DNA of 63,924 bases, the filler included, from Octopus bimaculoides (taxonomy: Eukaryota), in NCBI RefSeq assembly GCF_001194135.2. It is 7 parts of 7 records of this genome, joined end to end, with 100 filler letters (N's around TTAATTAATTAA, not from the genome) between each part and the next. Parts side by side here need not be neighbours in the genome. Positions count along the whole stretch, not along the records: positions 30,678 to 42,179 come from NC_069003.1; positions 42,280 to 51,571 come from NC_069001.1; 5 more parts are not named here. One strand, given 5' to 3'. The translations under genes and the position numbers were made by a program. How positions within the stretch are numbered: position 1 is the stretch's first letter; the number at the start of each line of letters is the position of its first letter. The notes below the pieces were generated by a model, which was given only the letters and a program-made list of their open reading frames with translations, had not been told where the DNA came from and did not search any database. Positions 35,010 through 45,628 of the stretch are shown here, in pieces.

Positions 35010-35740
35010 GGCTTCTGCTTATACTCCGGTATTCGGATTACATGTATCATCGAAAATTGCTAGGGAATTTTTCGTTGCATTGGATAGACACATTTTTAAA
35101 TCCAATAAATGCTATAAAATGTTTTAATCGACATACGGTGAAGCTGCCTTATGCAACATCACGTAATTCGGAATACCATATTCATAGACTTAATAATTGG
35201 AAGCTGAGTCAAATTATTACAAATACTAACGTAGGCCTCACATATAAAGATACTAATAATAGTGGAAGGAGTAATCAAAATAGTCCAAATAATTATAATA
35301 TAAATTATAATATAGACATTTGTGCAGATAATGTAAAGAATGATATGAATACTGTAAACTTTTATAATAATGACATTGGGGATAACAACGATAATAACAA
35401 TGAAAGTAACAGCAATAACAATAATAACTGTGGCAGTGCCACTAAGAAGTAGATTAATAAACAAGATTAGTAAGAACCAAGCTAAAAATAGTATAATAGA
35501 AAATGCAATTGTAGAGACAAGACATCCTGTCCTCTGGAAAATGAGTCTTCATAAAACAATGTAGCGTCTGAACGAGTACAATCGCCAGAACGAGTGCAAA
35601 CGAGTACAAGACATTTCAAACGTCGTTTGCACAGTTACATTCCATAATTTAAGAGCATCTACAAAAGATAGCCTTCACAGACGTAATCTGGAGTTTCAAA
35701 GAAAGTTAGGTACATTCCCAGGGGTTACAAATATGATGCA
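35010..35740 (+). mobile_element. Penelope-like element fragment (RT thumb, Asn-rich linker, Cys cluster, GIY-YIG)
   Basis: YTPVFGLHVSSKIAREFFVALDRHIFKSNKCYKMF/NRHTVKLPY..., poly-Asn linker, KCNCRDKTSCPLENE, then FKRRLHSY. This is a Neptune-type layout with a Cys-rich linker (tentative). Confidence 0.82.
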
Positions 35741-36125
35741 GATGTATTTGTTATCGCTTATTAATCTGTGCATACATTTATGATGTGTATTCATAAACGA
35801 ATAGTGCGTATATGTCTATGTCAGTATCATTGCATGTGGAAAGATAAGTCATTTTATATAAAAATACATATGTCTGTACTTACAAGTTTTATCAGTAAAC
35901 CTTATTGTATGCTTTATTTATTTTTATTCATTTTTATAATCTCATATTTCTACATAAATCAATATAAATATCAATATTATTACGTGTGTGTATGTAGGTC
36001 CCATACGTAGGTCGGTATAAAAGTAAGTGTATACATCAATGACAATAAAATGTGTGTGTGTGTGTGTGTATGAATAGATGTATGTATGTATGTGTGTATG
36101 TGTGTGTGTGAAAATAGTGTGGATA

Positions 36126-36323
36126 TACGAGGGAGTGCTGAAAAGTTCCTGGCTTTAAGCGTGTCGTGAAAGGCCTGGCTGGAGGCCCAACCTCCCGAGT
36201 TCTTTTATAGGGCTTAGAAAAACTGAAGAACCGCCGCAATAAGAGAGTGAATAAAATCATAATCAACTTATTCTTCCGTATTTCCTTTTACCGAAAGCTA
36301 GGAACTTTTCAGCACCCCTCGAA
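36126..36323. mobile_element. Mariner-derived MITE
   Basis: tacgagggagtgctgaaaagttcctggcttt versus reverse complement ttcgaggggtgctgaaaagttcctagcttt. Confidence 0.92.
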
Positions 36324-37029
36324 GGTATATGTATATATACACGTGAACACGCGCGTTTGTTGGTTTGATAGACTTTTTTAATGGCTCCAANNNNNNNNNN
36401 NNNNNNNNNNNNNNNNAAAAAAAGCAGCAAAGATAAAGACTGTAGTAGCCTTTATTCATATCGTAAATTAAGTTTGCAGCGTGATAGATTTTAGTGTAGG
36501 AAAATATATCCAGCTGTGTTGAGACAGCCAGGCTGGTTAACTGGCTTTCTTTGAAGTGGAACCGTGATATGCACCAGAAGTGGTTAATTGGTGAAGTCTA
36601 TCGCTTTATGATATTGCTATTTTTTTACCGTTTATTCTTTTTTTTGCTAAAACTTAGCCGGAGATGTTAAGTTGGTGGTTCATGGTTTAATAAGTATGAT
36701 GTTTTTTAATTCTTTGTTTTATTTTATTTTCCCTTGTTTTTATTTGTTTTTGTCGTTTGATTTTTTTGTCAACAGATTGCTAAAAATAGTATTTTGGCGT
36801 GAGTATAAAAAGAGTAAAAACAGAGTCGGTTTTAACAGAGTTTTTTTTTACAATACTCACCTGATGAAATGTATCGGTTGGTATTTAACACAATATGTTG
36901 TTTACAATATATTTAACATTCGGTAATGAACAGGTGGTAGCCATGTGTAGAAACAATTGTAGTGGTGTGTAATAAAGCATGCTCGATCCCTCTTCTTGTT
37001 AACACACACAAACACACACACACACACAC

Positions 37030-37150
37030 ACGTTGAGATTCTTTCGGTTTCCATCTACTAAGTCCACTTAAAGGCTTTGGTCGGCTCGGGGCTATAGTAG
37101 AAGACACTTTGCCCAAGATGCCACAATAGGACTGAACCCATAACCACGTT
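37030..37150 (-). mobile_element. SINE family B head fragment
   Basis: ggctttggtcggctcggggctatagtagaagacactttgcccaag...ggactgaaccc. Confidence 0.8.
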
Positions 37151-37329
37151 AATGTTATATGAATTGGTGTCACGACAGGAAATGTCCAGTTAGCTTCGAT
37201 ATATTTAATCGTCACTGTTAGGATCCAGACTTCGATTGTATGGAATACAGGGAACAAGAAGGACAAAAATAAAATAAAATAAAATAACATAAAATAACAT
37301 GAAATAAATAAATAACATGTATTTGTTTT

Positions 37330-37466
37330 GCAAGATTCTTGATGTGAAAACGTGTGTTGAAACAGATATTGTTATACTTGGGGACGGTCATCTTTTCCTA
37401 AGTAAACATACGTACTACTGCATGTGTTTAATTGGCAAAAGATGACCATTCCCAAGTGTTACAATA
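37330..37466. repeat. Hairpin-forming dispersed repeat
   Basis: ~30-bp inverted repeat tattgttatacttggggacggtcatctttt / aaaagatgaccattcccaagtgttacaata around a 40-nt spacer. Confidence 0.8.
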
Positions 37467-37581
37467 AATAAATAACACTCCCCACAAAAGAACTTGAAGC
37501 TGGCAACCATCACTACCACTACTTTTACTTCCATGCTACCACCACCATTACTACTACTACTACTACTACTANNNNNNNNNN

Positions 37582-37621
<40 letters not shown>

Positions 37622-37625
37622 GCAG

Positions 37626-37703
37626 GAACAAGACTCCGAAAAAACCAGTGAAATGGATGATATCAGAAGCGAACCGATCATGTTGGAAATAATTTCAGAG
37701 AGT
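37626..37703 (+). CDS. Internal coding exon (phase 0-0) of the same gene
   Basis: tacttgcag| ... |gtaagt. 78 nt: EQDSEKTSEMDDIRSEPIMLEIISES. The P..LEI motif is expected at this position. Confidence 0.75.
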
Positions 37704-37844
37704 GTAAGTTTGTTGGGCTTGTCGAAGTTGAATTTTGATTAATTTATGTATGCGCGCGCGCGCGTATGTGTGTGTGTGTGTATGTGTGTGTTTATGTGTG
37801 TGTGTGAGTGTGTGTATGTTTGTGTGTGTATGTGTGTTTATACT

Positions 37845-38510
37845 TCTTTTATTTTTCAAAATTAAGATAAACAAAGTTTTTTTAAAATCTAAAATATACT
37901 CTCCTTCATTTTCTACAATGCTTTTCCATCAATCTGGCAGACTTGTAAGGTCCCTCTTCCAAAATTCACTTGTACGTGACGAAAAATACTCCTCCAAAAC
38001 TTTTCTGACCTCATCTACGGAATTCATATTTTTTCCGTCCAAATGATTTTGATGACTGCGGAATAAATGATAATCCGATGGGGCAATGCCCAGCGAATAT
38101 GATGAGTAGAGCATCGTTTCCCATTCAAACTGTTCCAGCCTTTGGTATGTTATCCTCTCTATATGTGGCTGAGCACTATCCTGATGGAAGAACACCTTGC
38201 GTCTTGAACCCAAAGATGGTTGTTTTACTTCTAGCGCTGGCTTAAGCCGCTCAAACTGCTCGCCATAGATCTCATTTGTTATCGTTTGGTTTGGGCTTAA
38301 AAGTACAAAGTGGACTAAATATTTCATATCCCACCAAACTGATAACAGTACCTTACATGGGTGAAAACCTTCTTTAGCCTGGGCTGTCGGTGTTTCTCCT
38401 TTCCCTACCCACTCTTCGGCGCTTGATAATTTTATAGAGAACCCACTTCTCGTCACCAGTCACTATTCAGTCGAAAAAGGTTTATTTGTGAGACGCGACA
38501 GGAAAGAAGA
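37845..38510 (-). mobile_element. Mariner transposase catalytic (DD34D) region, Mos1/Hsmar1-like, decayed
   Basis: IVTGDEKWVLY...HPCKVLLSVWWD...HQDSAQPH...APSDYHLFRS...LPD.WKSIVENEGEYILD. 5' part lost in a gap. Confidence 0.95.
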
Positions 38511-39392
38511 NNNNNNNNNNNNNNNNNNNNNNNNNNNNNNNNNNNNNNNNNNNNNNNNNNNNNNNNNNNNNNNNNNNNNNNNNNNNNNNNNNNNNNNNNN
38601 NNNNNNNNNNNNNNNNNNNNNNNNNNNNNNNNNNNNNNNNNNNNNNNNNNNNNNNNNNNNNNNNNNNNNNNNNNNNNNNNNNNNNNNNNNNNNNNNNNNN
38701 NNNNNNNNNNNNNNNNNNNNNNNNNNNNNNNNNNNNNNNNNNNNNNNNNNNNNNNNNNNNNNNNNNNNNNNNNNNNNNNNNNNNNNNNNNNNNNNNNNNN
38801 NNNNNNNNNNNNNNNNNNNNNNNNNNNNNNNNNNNNNNNNNNNNNNNNNNNNNNNNNNNNNNNNNNNNNNNNNNNNNNNNNNNNNNNNNNNNNNNNNNNN
38901 NNNNNNNNNNNNNNNNNNNNNNNNNNNNNNNNNNNNNNNNNNNNNNNNNNNNNNNNNNNNNNNNNNNNNNNNNNNNNNNNNNNNNNNNNNNNNNNNNNNN
39001 NNNNNNNNNNNNNNNNNNNNNNNNNNNNNNNNNNNNNNNNNNNNNNNNNNNNNNNNNNNNNNNNNNNNNNNNNNNNNNNNNNNNNNNNNNNNNNNNNNNN
39101 NNNNNNNNNNNNNNNNNNNNNNNNNNNNNNNNNNNNNNNNNNNNNNNNNNNNNNNNNNNNNNNNNNNNNNNNNNNNNNNNNNNNNNNNNNNNNNNNNNNN
39201 NNNNNNNNNNNNNNNNNNNNNNNNNNNNNNNNNNNNNNNNNNNNNNNNNNNNNNNNNNNNNNNNNNNNNNNNNNNNNNNNNNNNNNNNNNNNNNNNNNNN
39301 NNNNNNNNNNNNNNNNNNNNNNNNNNNNNNNNNNNNNNNNNNNNNNNNNNNNNNNNNNNNNNNNNNNNNNNNNNNNNNNNNNNNNNNNATAC

Positions 39393-39434
<42 letters not shown>

Positions 39435-39504
39435 GCATGTGCATGTGCTTGTGTGTGCACACACATATAACCGTTTAATATATTTTCTTCTCGTCTTTCA
39501 TTAG

Positions 39505-39628
39505 GTCACCTACTACGCTGTACACAGTTTCTTCGATTTCGACGTAGCCCCGATTCCTATGGATGTTTTCAATATAAAAGACTGTTATGAAGTAACCAAT
39601 GACTTCATGTTTCAGATTGTGTTTGAAG
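39505..39628 (+). CDS. Internal coding exon (phase 0-1) of the same gene
   Basis: ttttcttctcgtctttcattag| ... gaag|gtaaga. 124 nt: VTYYAVHSFFDFDVAPIPMDVFNIKDCYEVTNDFMFQIVFE(G/V). Confidence 0.85.
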
Positions 39629-39639
39629 GTAAGAAACTA

Positions 39640-40130
39640 CATAACCGACAATAATTCGCTAACACATTACGCGGGTTTGGAGCTTTTTTCTAACTAGTTT
39701 CAACAAAGTTAATCTCAGATAAAACGTTTTGCAGCAGAGTTTATTATCAATATCATTCTCTCCAGTATTCTGGTGCATATTTGGGAAGCTAGTTGATGTC
39801 ACTGGTTTCTGTTGGCTGCGGTTTTCTCTTAATCCGGGTATGTGATTTGGGCATCTCATGTCGGTTAAGAACGTTCTGCGCCGTTCAGTTTTCGGTCTTG
39901 CTCAATTTCTTTTTCCCTCCGGAAGGTGGCGTCCGTTTGAAGACTGTTTTAGAATGGCGTTGTTCTGGTAACCGAAGTATGTAATTTCCTTGTTTTACTT
40001 CTCTTTTTGTGATGATTTCGTTGTGGTGTTTAGAGTATCTTTTGCTGCTAGTACGTTCTCAGAATGCTTCTCAGAATCTTTGGTGTAACAAAGCTTGCCA
40101 TATGGTAAGTAGAATTAGATATCTTAGGAA
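39640..40130 (-). mobile_element. Possible decayed PLE N-terminal fragment
   Basis: Weak FVTPKILR and LL..V.SEINFVET..KKAP resemblance to the PLE LL.KGL.F.PT motif. Heavily frameshifted. Confidence 0.3.
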
Positions 40131-40241
40131 AAGGAATTATAATAAAAAGGCTACTTAGCTTAATGAAACAACACATGTTATTGGAGTTTGCGAAGTACGT
40201 GTTCGATCCTCAGCAGTGGCTTGTTATGCAATTTTCTTATA

Positions 40242-40585
40242 GGCGTAGGCGTGGGTGGGTGGTAAGAAGTTTCCTTCCCAACTACATGGTTCCGGGTCCA
40301 GTTCCACTGCGTGACGTTTTGGGTATGTGTCTTCTAGTATAGTTTCGGGGCGACCAAAGCCTTGTGAGTGGATTCGGTAAGCTCGTTGTATATATATATG
40401 TGTGTGTGTGTGTGTGTTTGTGTCTGTGTTTGTCCCTACCACTGATTGACAACCGGTGCTGGTGTGTTTACGTCCCCGTAACCTAGTAGTTCGTCTAAAG
40501 GGTTGATAGAATAAGTGTCAGGCTTCAAAAAAAGTGCTGGAATCGATTTGTTCAATTAAAACCCTTCAAGGCGGTGCCCCAGTAG
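40242..40585 (+). mobile_element. SINE family B, diverged
   Basis: Head, internal (TA)(TG) repeat, body and gaaggcggtgcccc tail are recognisable. Confidence 0.85.
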
Positions 40586-41016
40586 GACTCTCGATTGACA
40601 GTCTGGCCCAGGGGGACGAATTCACGATACACAAGACCACATTTCCGTGGTGATGCTCGTGGCAGGTCTTCCAGATCGATCAGGGATGTCCCTCAGGTTT
40701 TGAAGTGCTCAAATCACCCGAAACATTCGCCGCCGCAAGCTTGCCGAAGCATGCTCAATATCCCTGTAGCAGACTTTCCAAGTTTAACCCAAAATTTCAC
40801 GTTGGTTGTTTATTCCTGTCCATGACACAATCGCAGACTATAGCATACACGTGATCACAAAAACACAAATTTCACAACTTGCGAAGTAACGACTGTGATG
40901 TCATTTAGCACAGTCTCATGAAGGTCACAGCTAGCTCTCACCGCACACGTGACCGTGTGCTATCATCTGTTGGCGCGCTATAGAACTAGTCCAGAACTTT
41001 TTGATACCACCTCGTA
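40582..41016 (-). mobile_element. Internally deleted mariner (5' TIR retained)
   Basis: Minus strand tacgaggtggtatcaaaaagttc TIR. MDRNKQ...VKLGKSAT.ILSMLRQACG...SGRPATS joined to GLVYREFVPLGQTVNRESY. Confidence 0.85.
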
Positions 41017-41517
41017 AATATNNNNNNNNNNNNNNNNNNNNNNNNNNNNNNNNNNNNNNNNNNNNNNNNNNNNNNNNNNNNNNNNNNNNNNNNNNNNNNN
41101 NNNNNNNNNNNNNNNNNNNNNNNNNNNNNNNNNNNNNNNNNNNNNNNNNNNNNNNNNNNNNNNNNNNNNNNNNNNNNNNNNNNNNNNNNNNNNNNNNNNN
41201 NNNNNNNNNNNNNNNNNNNNNNNNNNNNNNNNNNNNNNNNNNNNNNNNNNNNNNNNNNNNNNNNNNNNNNNNNNNNNNNNNNNNNNNNNNNNNNNNNNNN
41301 NNNNNNNNNNNNNNNNNNNNNNNNNNNNNNNNNNNNNNNNNNNNNNNNNNNNNNNNNNNNNNNNNNNNNNNNNNNNNNNNNNNNNNNNNNNNNNNNNNNN
41401 NNNNNNNNNNNNNNNNNNNNNNNNNNNNNNNNNNNNNNNNNNNNNNNNNNNNNNNNNNNNNNNNNNNNNNNNNNNNNNNNNNNNNNNNNNNNNNNNNNNN
41501 NNNNNNNNNNNNNNNNN

Positions 41518-42060
41518 GAACGAAAAAGTGTGTATATGTGGGGGTACAATTTGTGTGAAGGGGTATGTGTTAGGGAGGAGACAGTTTATTTTGTGGGGTG
41601 TCCGCCTTATAGGGGTGTGTGCATGTGTGTACATGGGTGCGTTGGTGTGTACATTGGTCAAACTCTTTTTGTCGGTCCCAAGGGCATTGGTGGAAGGTCG
41701 TTTGTGGAAGGTCGAGGCAGGGGACCTGTGGTTGCAGTTATGGTGGGGCGCGCAGGTACAATAGAATGTACTTCATTTCATGCGGGCAAGGATTAAACAC
41801 CTCATTCCTGCTATTCAGGTAAACATCATGGGTGTTGGGTACATTTTAAAATCGCTCCCTTCTCAGTCAGGTATAATCTACACTCCCTGCTGCTATTGAA
41901 GTACGGTTTACATCTTTCTAGGATCTTCCACTTGATGTTGTACTCCGTGGCGCCTTCTTTCAAAGTCCAGACATGCTTGGCTAGGGTTGTAGTGTTACGT
42001 CTCTCTGTGATTTTGAATGAGGACTTGTGGTTCTGAAGGGGCCTCGCAACGATGGATATT
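41518..42060 (-). mobile_element. Penelope-like element GIY-YIG C-terminus plus 3' region
   Basis: FQNHKSSFKITERRNTTTLAKHVWTLKEGATEYNIKWKILERCKPYFNSSRECRLYLTEKGAILK...LNSRNEVFNPCPH. Same family as 6760-7480. Confidence 0.9.
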
Positions 42061-42789
42061 TAATACTCTACATTTCGGAGGATAATATATCTGTATACAT
42101 ACACACATACATACATACATACATACGTACATACATACACACACACATATATATATATACATGACGTCTACCAAATCCANNNNNNNNNNNNNNNNNNNNN
42201 NNNNNNNNNNNNNNNNNNNNNNNTTAATTAATTAANNNNNNNNNNNNNNNNNNNNNNNNNNNNNNNNNNNNNNNNNNNNTATATATATATATATATATAC
42301 ACATATACCAGAGACCTGCATATACATACATATATATGACAGTAGAAGAGGGAGAGGTAATTAGATTGGAAGAGATTAGCGAGTAAAGGTAGAGAATGAA
42401 GAAGAAAAGAGAGGGAGAGAGATAGAGAGGAGAGAGGGGAGAGAGAGGAGAGAGTGTGACAGAGTGACAGAGACAGAAAGAGACAGAGAGGGGAGTGAAG
42501 AGAGAGAGAGAGAGAGAGAGAAATGAAGAGAGGGAGAAAGTGGAGGTAAGAGAAACGGTGAGGAGGGGCGCAATGAAGAAAGGAAGGAAACCAATGAAAC
42601 AAAGAAACCAAAGGTTGATTCATTGTCAATTCCTGTCTTAAGACAATAGAATGGTAAAAATGATGATGGTGATGGTGATGGTGTGGTGATAGTGGTGATG
42701 ATGATGATGATAATAGTAATCCTTTTCGTTGCCGTTTTCATCATCATCATCAACTTCATCAATGTAAACTTCAATGAAATGACGACATG

Positions 42790-43047
42790 ACGTCACCAAC
42801 GAGTATTCCACAGACACACGTACACTTAATATAGTTCTCAGGGAGATTTAGCATGACAGAGAATGGGACAAGGCTGGCCCTTTAAAATTACAGGTACACC
42901 TAACTTTTGCGAGTTGAGTGGACCGGGGTCACCATATCAAAGTTAAATAAAATATATTGCTCAAGGACGTAACGCGCCGCCGGGAACCGAACTTATGATC
43001 TAACGATCGTAAGTTGGATACCCTAATCACTAAGCCACGAGCCTTCA
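42790..43047 (-). mobile_element. SINE family C
   Basis: Minus strand tgaaggctcgtggcttagtgattagggtatcc...gagttcggttcccggcggcgcgttacgtccttgagcaa, with tail type 4. Confidence 0.82.
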
Positions 43048-43463
43048 CGACAGACAGAACTAACACAGGCACAAAATGGTATCGCTCGTCATAATCTGTA
43101 GTGGTGGTGGTGGTAGTGGTGGTGGTGGTGGTGGTGGTATGATGGAGGCATTGTAAATCGTCCTTGCTACGATGAATACAGAGTAAACTATAGCTTTTGT
43201 TTGTTACTATGGAAACAGACACCATTGTGAGATTTATGGTTAAATAATGGTGGCCTTTGACTGGCTAAAATTAACTAAAATTTGGAAACTTAAGAAGCTA
43301 TTAACTTTTTATTTATTAATTAACGGCGAAAATTAATTTCATTTTCATAATTAGCACACAAACCGAAATCGGTATGACCAAATTTGAAAACAATTAGAAC
43401 AAAATTGAAAAAATACGAAATCTGTGTCAACAACCGCAAAGGTCCGACGCATATGAGATCCAC

Positions 43464-43778
43464 AGGCATGGCTGTGTGTTAAGAAGCTTGCTTCCTAACC
43501 ACATGGTTCTGGGTTCAGTCTCACTACGTGGTACCTTAGCCAAATGTCTTCTGCAAAAGTCTCGGGTCAACCAAAACCTTGTGAGTGGAATTTGGTAGAC
43601 GAATATCGAGAAAAGCTCGTCGTATATATATATAAAAAAGGGTGAAAATCCCTTCCGAGGAAAAGTCCGGGTAAGATTATTTATGGAAGACCAGCAGTTG
43701 CCTATGTATACCAGGAATCGAACTCACTACCTCTTGATTGTGAGCCCTACGCTCTAACCACTGAGTCATGTGCCTTCG

Positions 43779-43819
<41 letters not shown>

Positions 43820-43980
43820 GTGAGTGCGTGTGTGCACGCGCGCGCGCATTTGTGTGCCTTTGTGTCTGTGTTTATCCTCCCCGCCACCGCTTGACAATCG
43901 GTTTTGGAGTATTTACGTCCCCGTAACTTAACGGTTCGGCCAAAGAGACCAATAGAATAAGTACTAGGCTTAAATAAAAA
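43464..43980 (+). mobile_element. SINE family B carrying a nested minus-strand SINE (43634-43778) in its internal (TA)n
   Basis: Head at 43464-43633 and body at 43790-43980. The insert has A/B boxes (gactcagtggttagagc, gagttcgattcc) and is flanked by gtatatatatata on both sides. Confidence 0.85.
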
Positions 43981-44319
43981 TATGTCTGATCTGGCAGATT
44001 CATAACGTCACTCGGGCATTCTCCTCTCATTCACCACATCCTCGCCCCTTTATTATGTTCAAAACCCCAAACCCCCATCAGTCGCTATACCCGATTCTTC
44101 CTTCTTTTACCGTAAGCTTTCCTCATGGGCCGGATATATATGGTTAAACTCTCTGATCCCGGAGGGCCTACAAGGGCTTTTGGCAGAGTCAATACATGGG
44201 GTGAAGGCGAAAAACTTGCTCCATCAACAGGGTGAACTGGACAATATCAGTGATCAGTAAAGTGGACGATATCAGAGCTACTGATTTCACCCGCCATTTG
44301 TATATCGAACACTACCTTC

Positions 44320-44710
44320 TCCTTTCTTACTCTCTATCTCCTCTCCCCTCATTCTCCTCTCCCTTCTCCTCCTGTCCTTCGACTCCTACTCCCCCTCCAC
44401 TTCCCCGCCCCTCTTCTGCTTCTTTTCCACCTCTCTTTCCTCCACCCTCTCCTTTTCGTCCTCCTCCACCTGTCCTTCTCCCCTTCCTTCTCCTCATCTC
44501 CTCTTCCCATCCTTCTTTTCTTCCTCCACTTCCACCTCGTCCTTCTCCCCTCCTCTTTCTCTTTCTCGACTCCTCCACCGCCTGGTATCCTCTACCCGTC
44601 CTCTCTCACCTGTCCTCCGCATCCACTTCCACCTCTCTGCTCCTCTTCTTCCGCCTTTTCCTTCTCGTCCTCCTCTGCCTGTCCACCTCCTCCTCTCCCT
44701 CCTCTTCTAC
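44320..44710. repeat. Polypyrimidine low-complexity tract
   Basis: Direct reading. Source of the Pro/Ser-rich and Gly/Glu-rich ORFs. Confidence 0.9.
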
Positions 44711-44819
44711 TGAATTATCTTATGGCTTTAATTACTTAAGAAACCATGAAAAGCGAGATGCCATAAAACGTAATACATAAATAATTGTGTGTGGACAAAC
44801 CGCTGAGGTTTCATTAATG

Positions 44820-45490
44820 ATTGTATAATCATTATACAACACGCCATGCACCAGTTATACGACTTGTTAACATCTTTTACACAACATGTTTTCTACCAAT
44901 TATTCTTCATATTATATATCATTTATATTATGCTATAAATCATTCATACTACACGTTATATACTAGTTTTGTTTCATACAATACACCAGTTATATTTCAT
45001 ATTCCATACCGCTTGTGTTACGTTATATACCAGAAATACTACATGTTATACGCTAGTTATGTTTCATGTCATATATCAGTAATATTACATGTTGTACACT
45101 AGTTATATTGCATATCATATACCAGTAATACTACGCGTTATTTCGTCTGCCGTTACGTTCTGAGTTCAAATTCCGCCGAGGTCGATTTTGCCTTTCATCT
45201 TTCGAGGTCGATAAATTAGGTACCAATTGCGTACTGGGGTCGATCTAATTAACTGGCCCCTCCCCCCAAACCTTCGGTCCTTGTGCCTAGAGTAGAAAAG
45301 AATACTTCATGTTATACACTAGTTACATTACATGATTACACACCAGTCATACCACATGTTATATACCAGCTATATTACAAGTTATGCATCAGCTATGCTA
45401 TATTTTATAAACCTTTTATACGACGTTATACACAAGTAATACTACACTTTATATAACACTAATATTATATGTTATGTATCAGTTATATTA
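44820..45490. repeat. Highly degenerate minisatellite-like tract with an inserted SINE
   Basis: Recurrent atactacacgttatatac / accagttatat units. Confidence 0.55.
45136..45303 (+). mobile_element. 5'-truncated SINE family A (tail type 1)
   Basis: tatttcgtctgccgttacgttctgagttcaaattccgccgagg...gtgcctagagtagaaaagaat. Confidence 0.9.
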
Positions 45491-45500
45491 TGCTATTGAC

Positions 45501-45570
45501 CAGTGGTTCCTAACCTGGGGTCCGCGGAGCCTTGGTGGTCCGCAATGGTAGTACTGGGGATCCGTGAACT
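45501..45570 (+). mobile_element. hAT-like element end
   Basis: cagtggttcctaacctggggtccgcgg is a Charlie-type terminal motif. No partner end was found. Confidence 0.45.
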
Positions 45571-45581
45571 CAAATTCGAAA

Positions 45582-45628
<47 letters not shown>

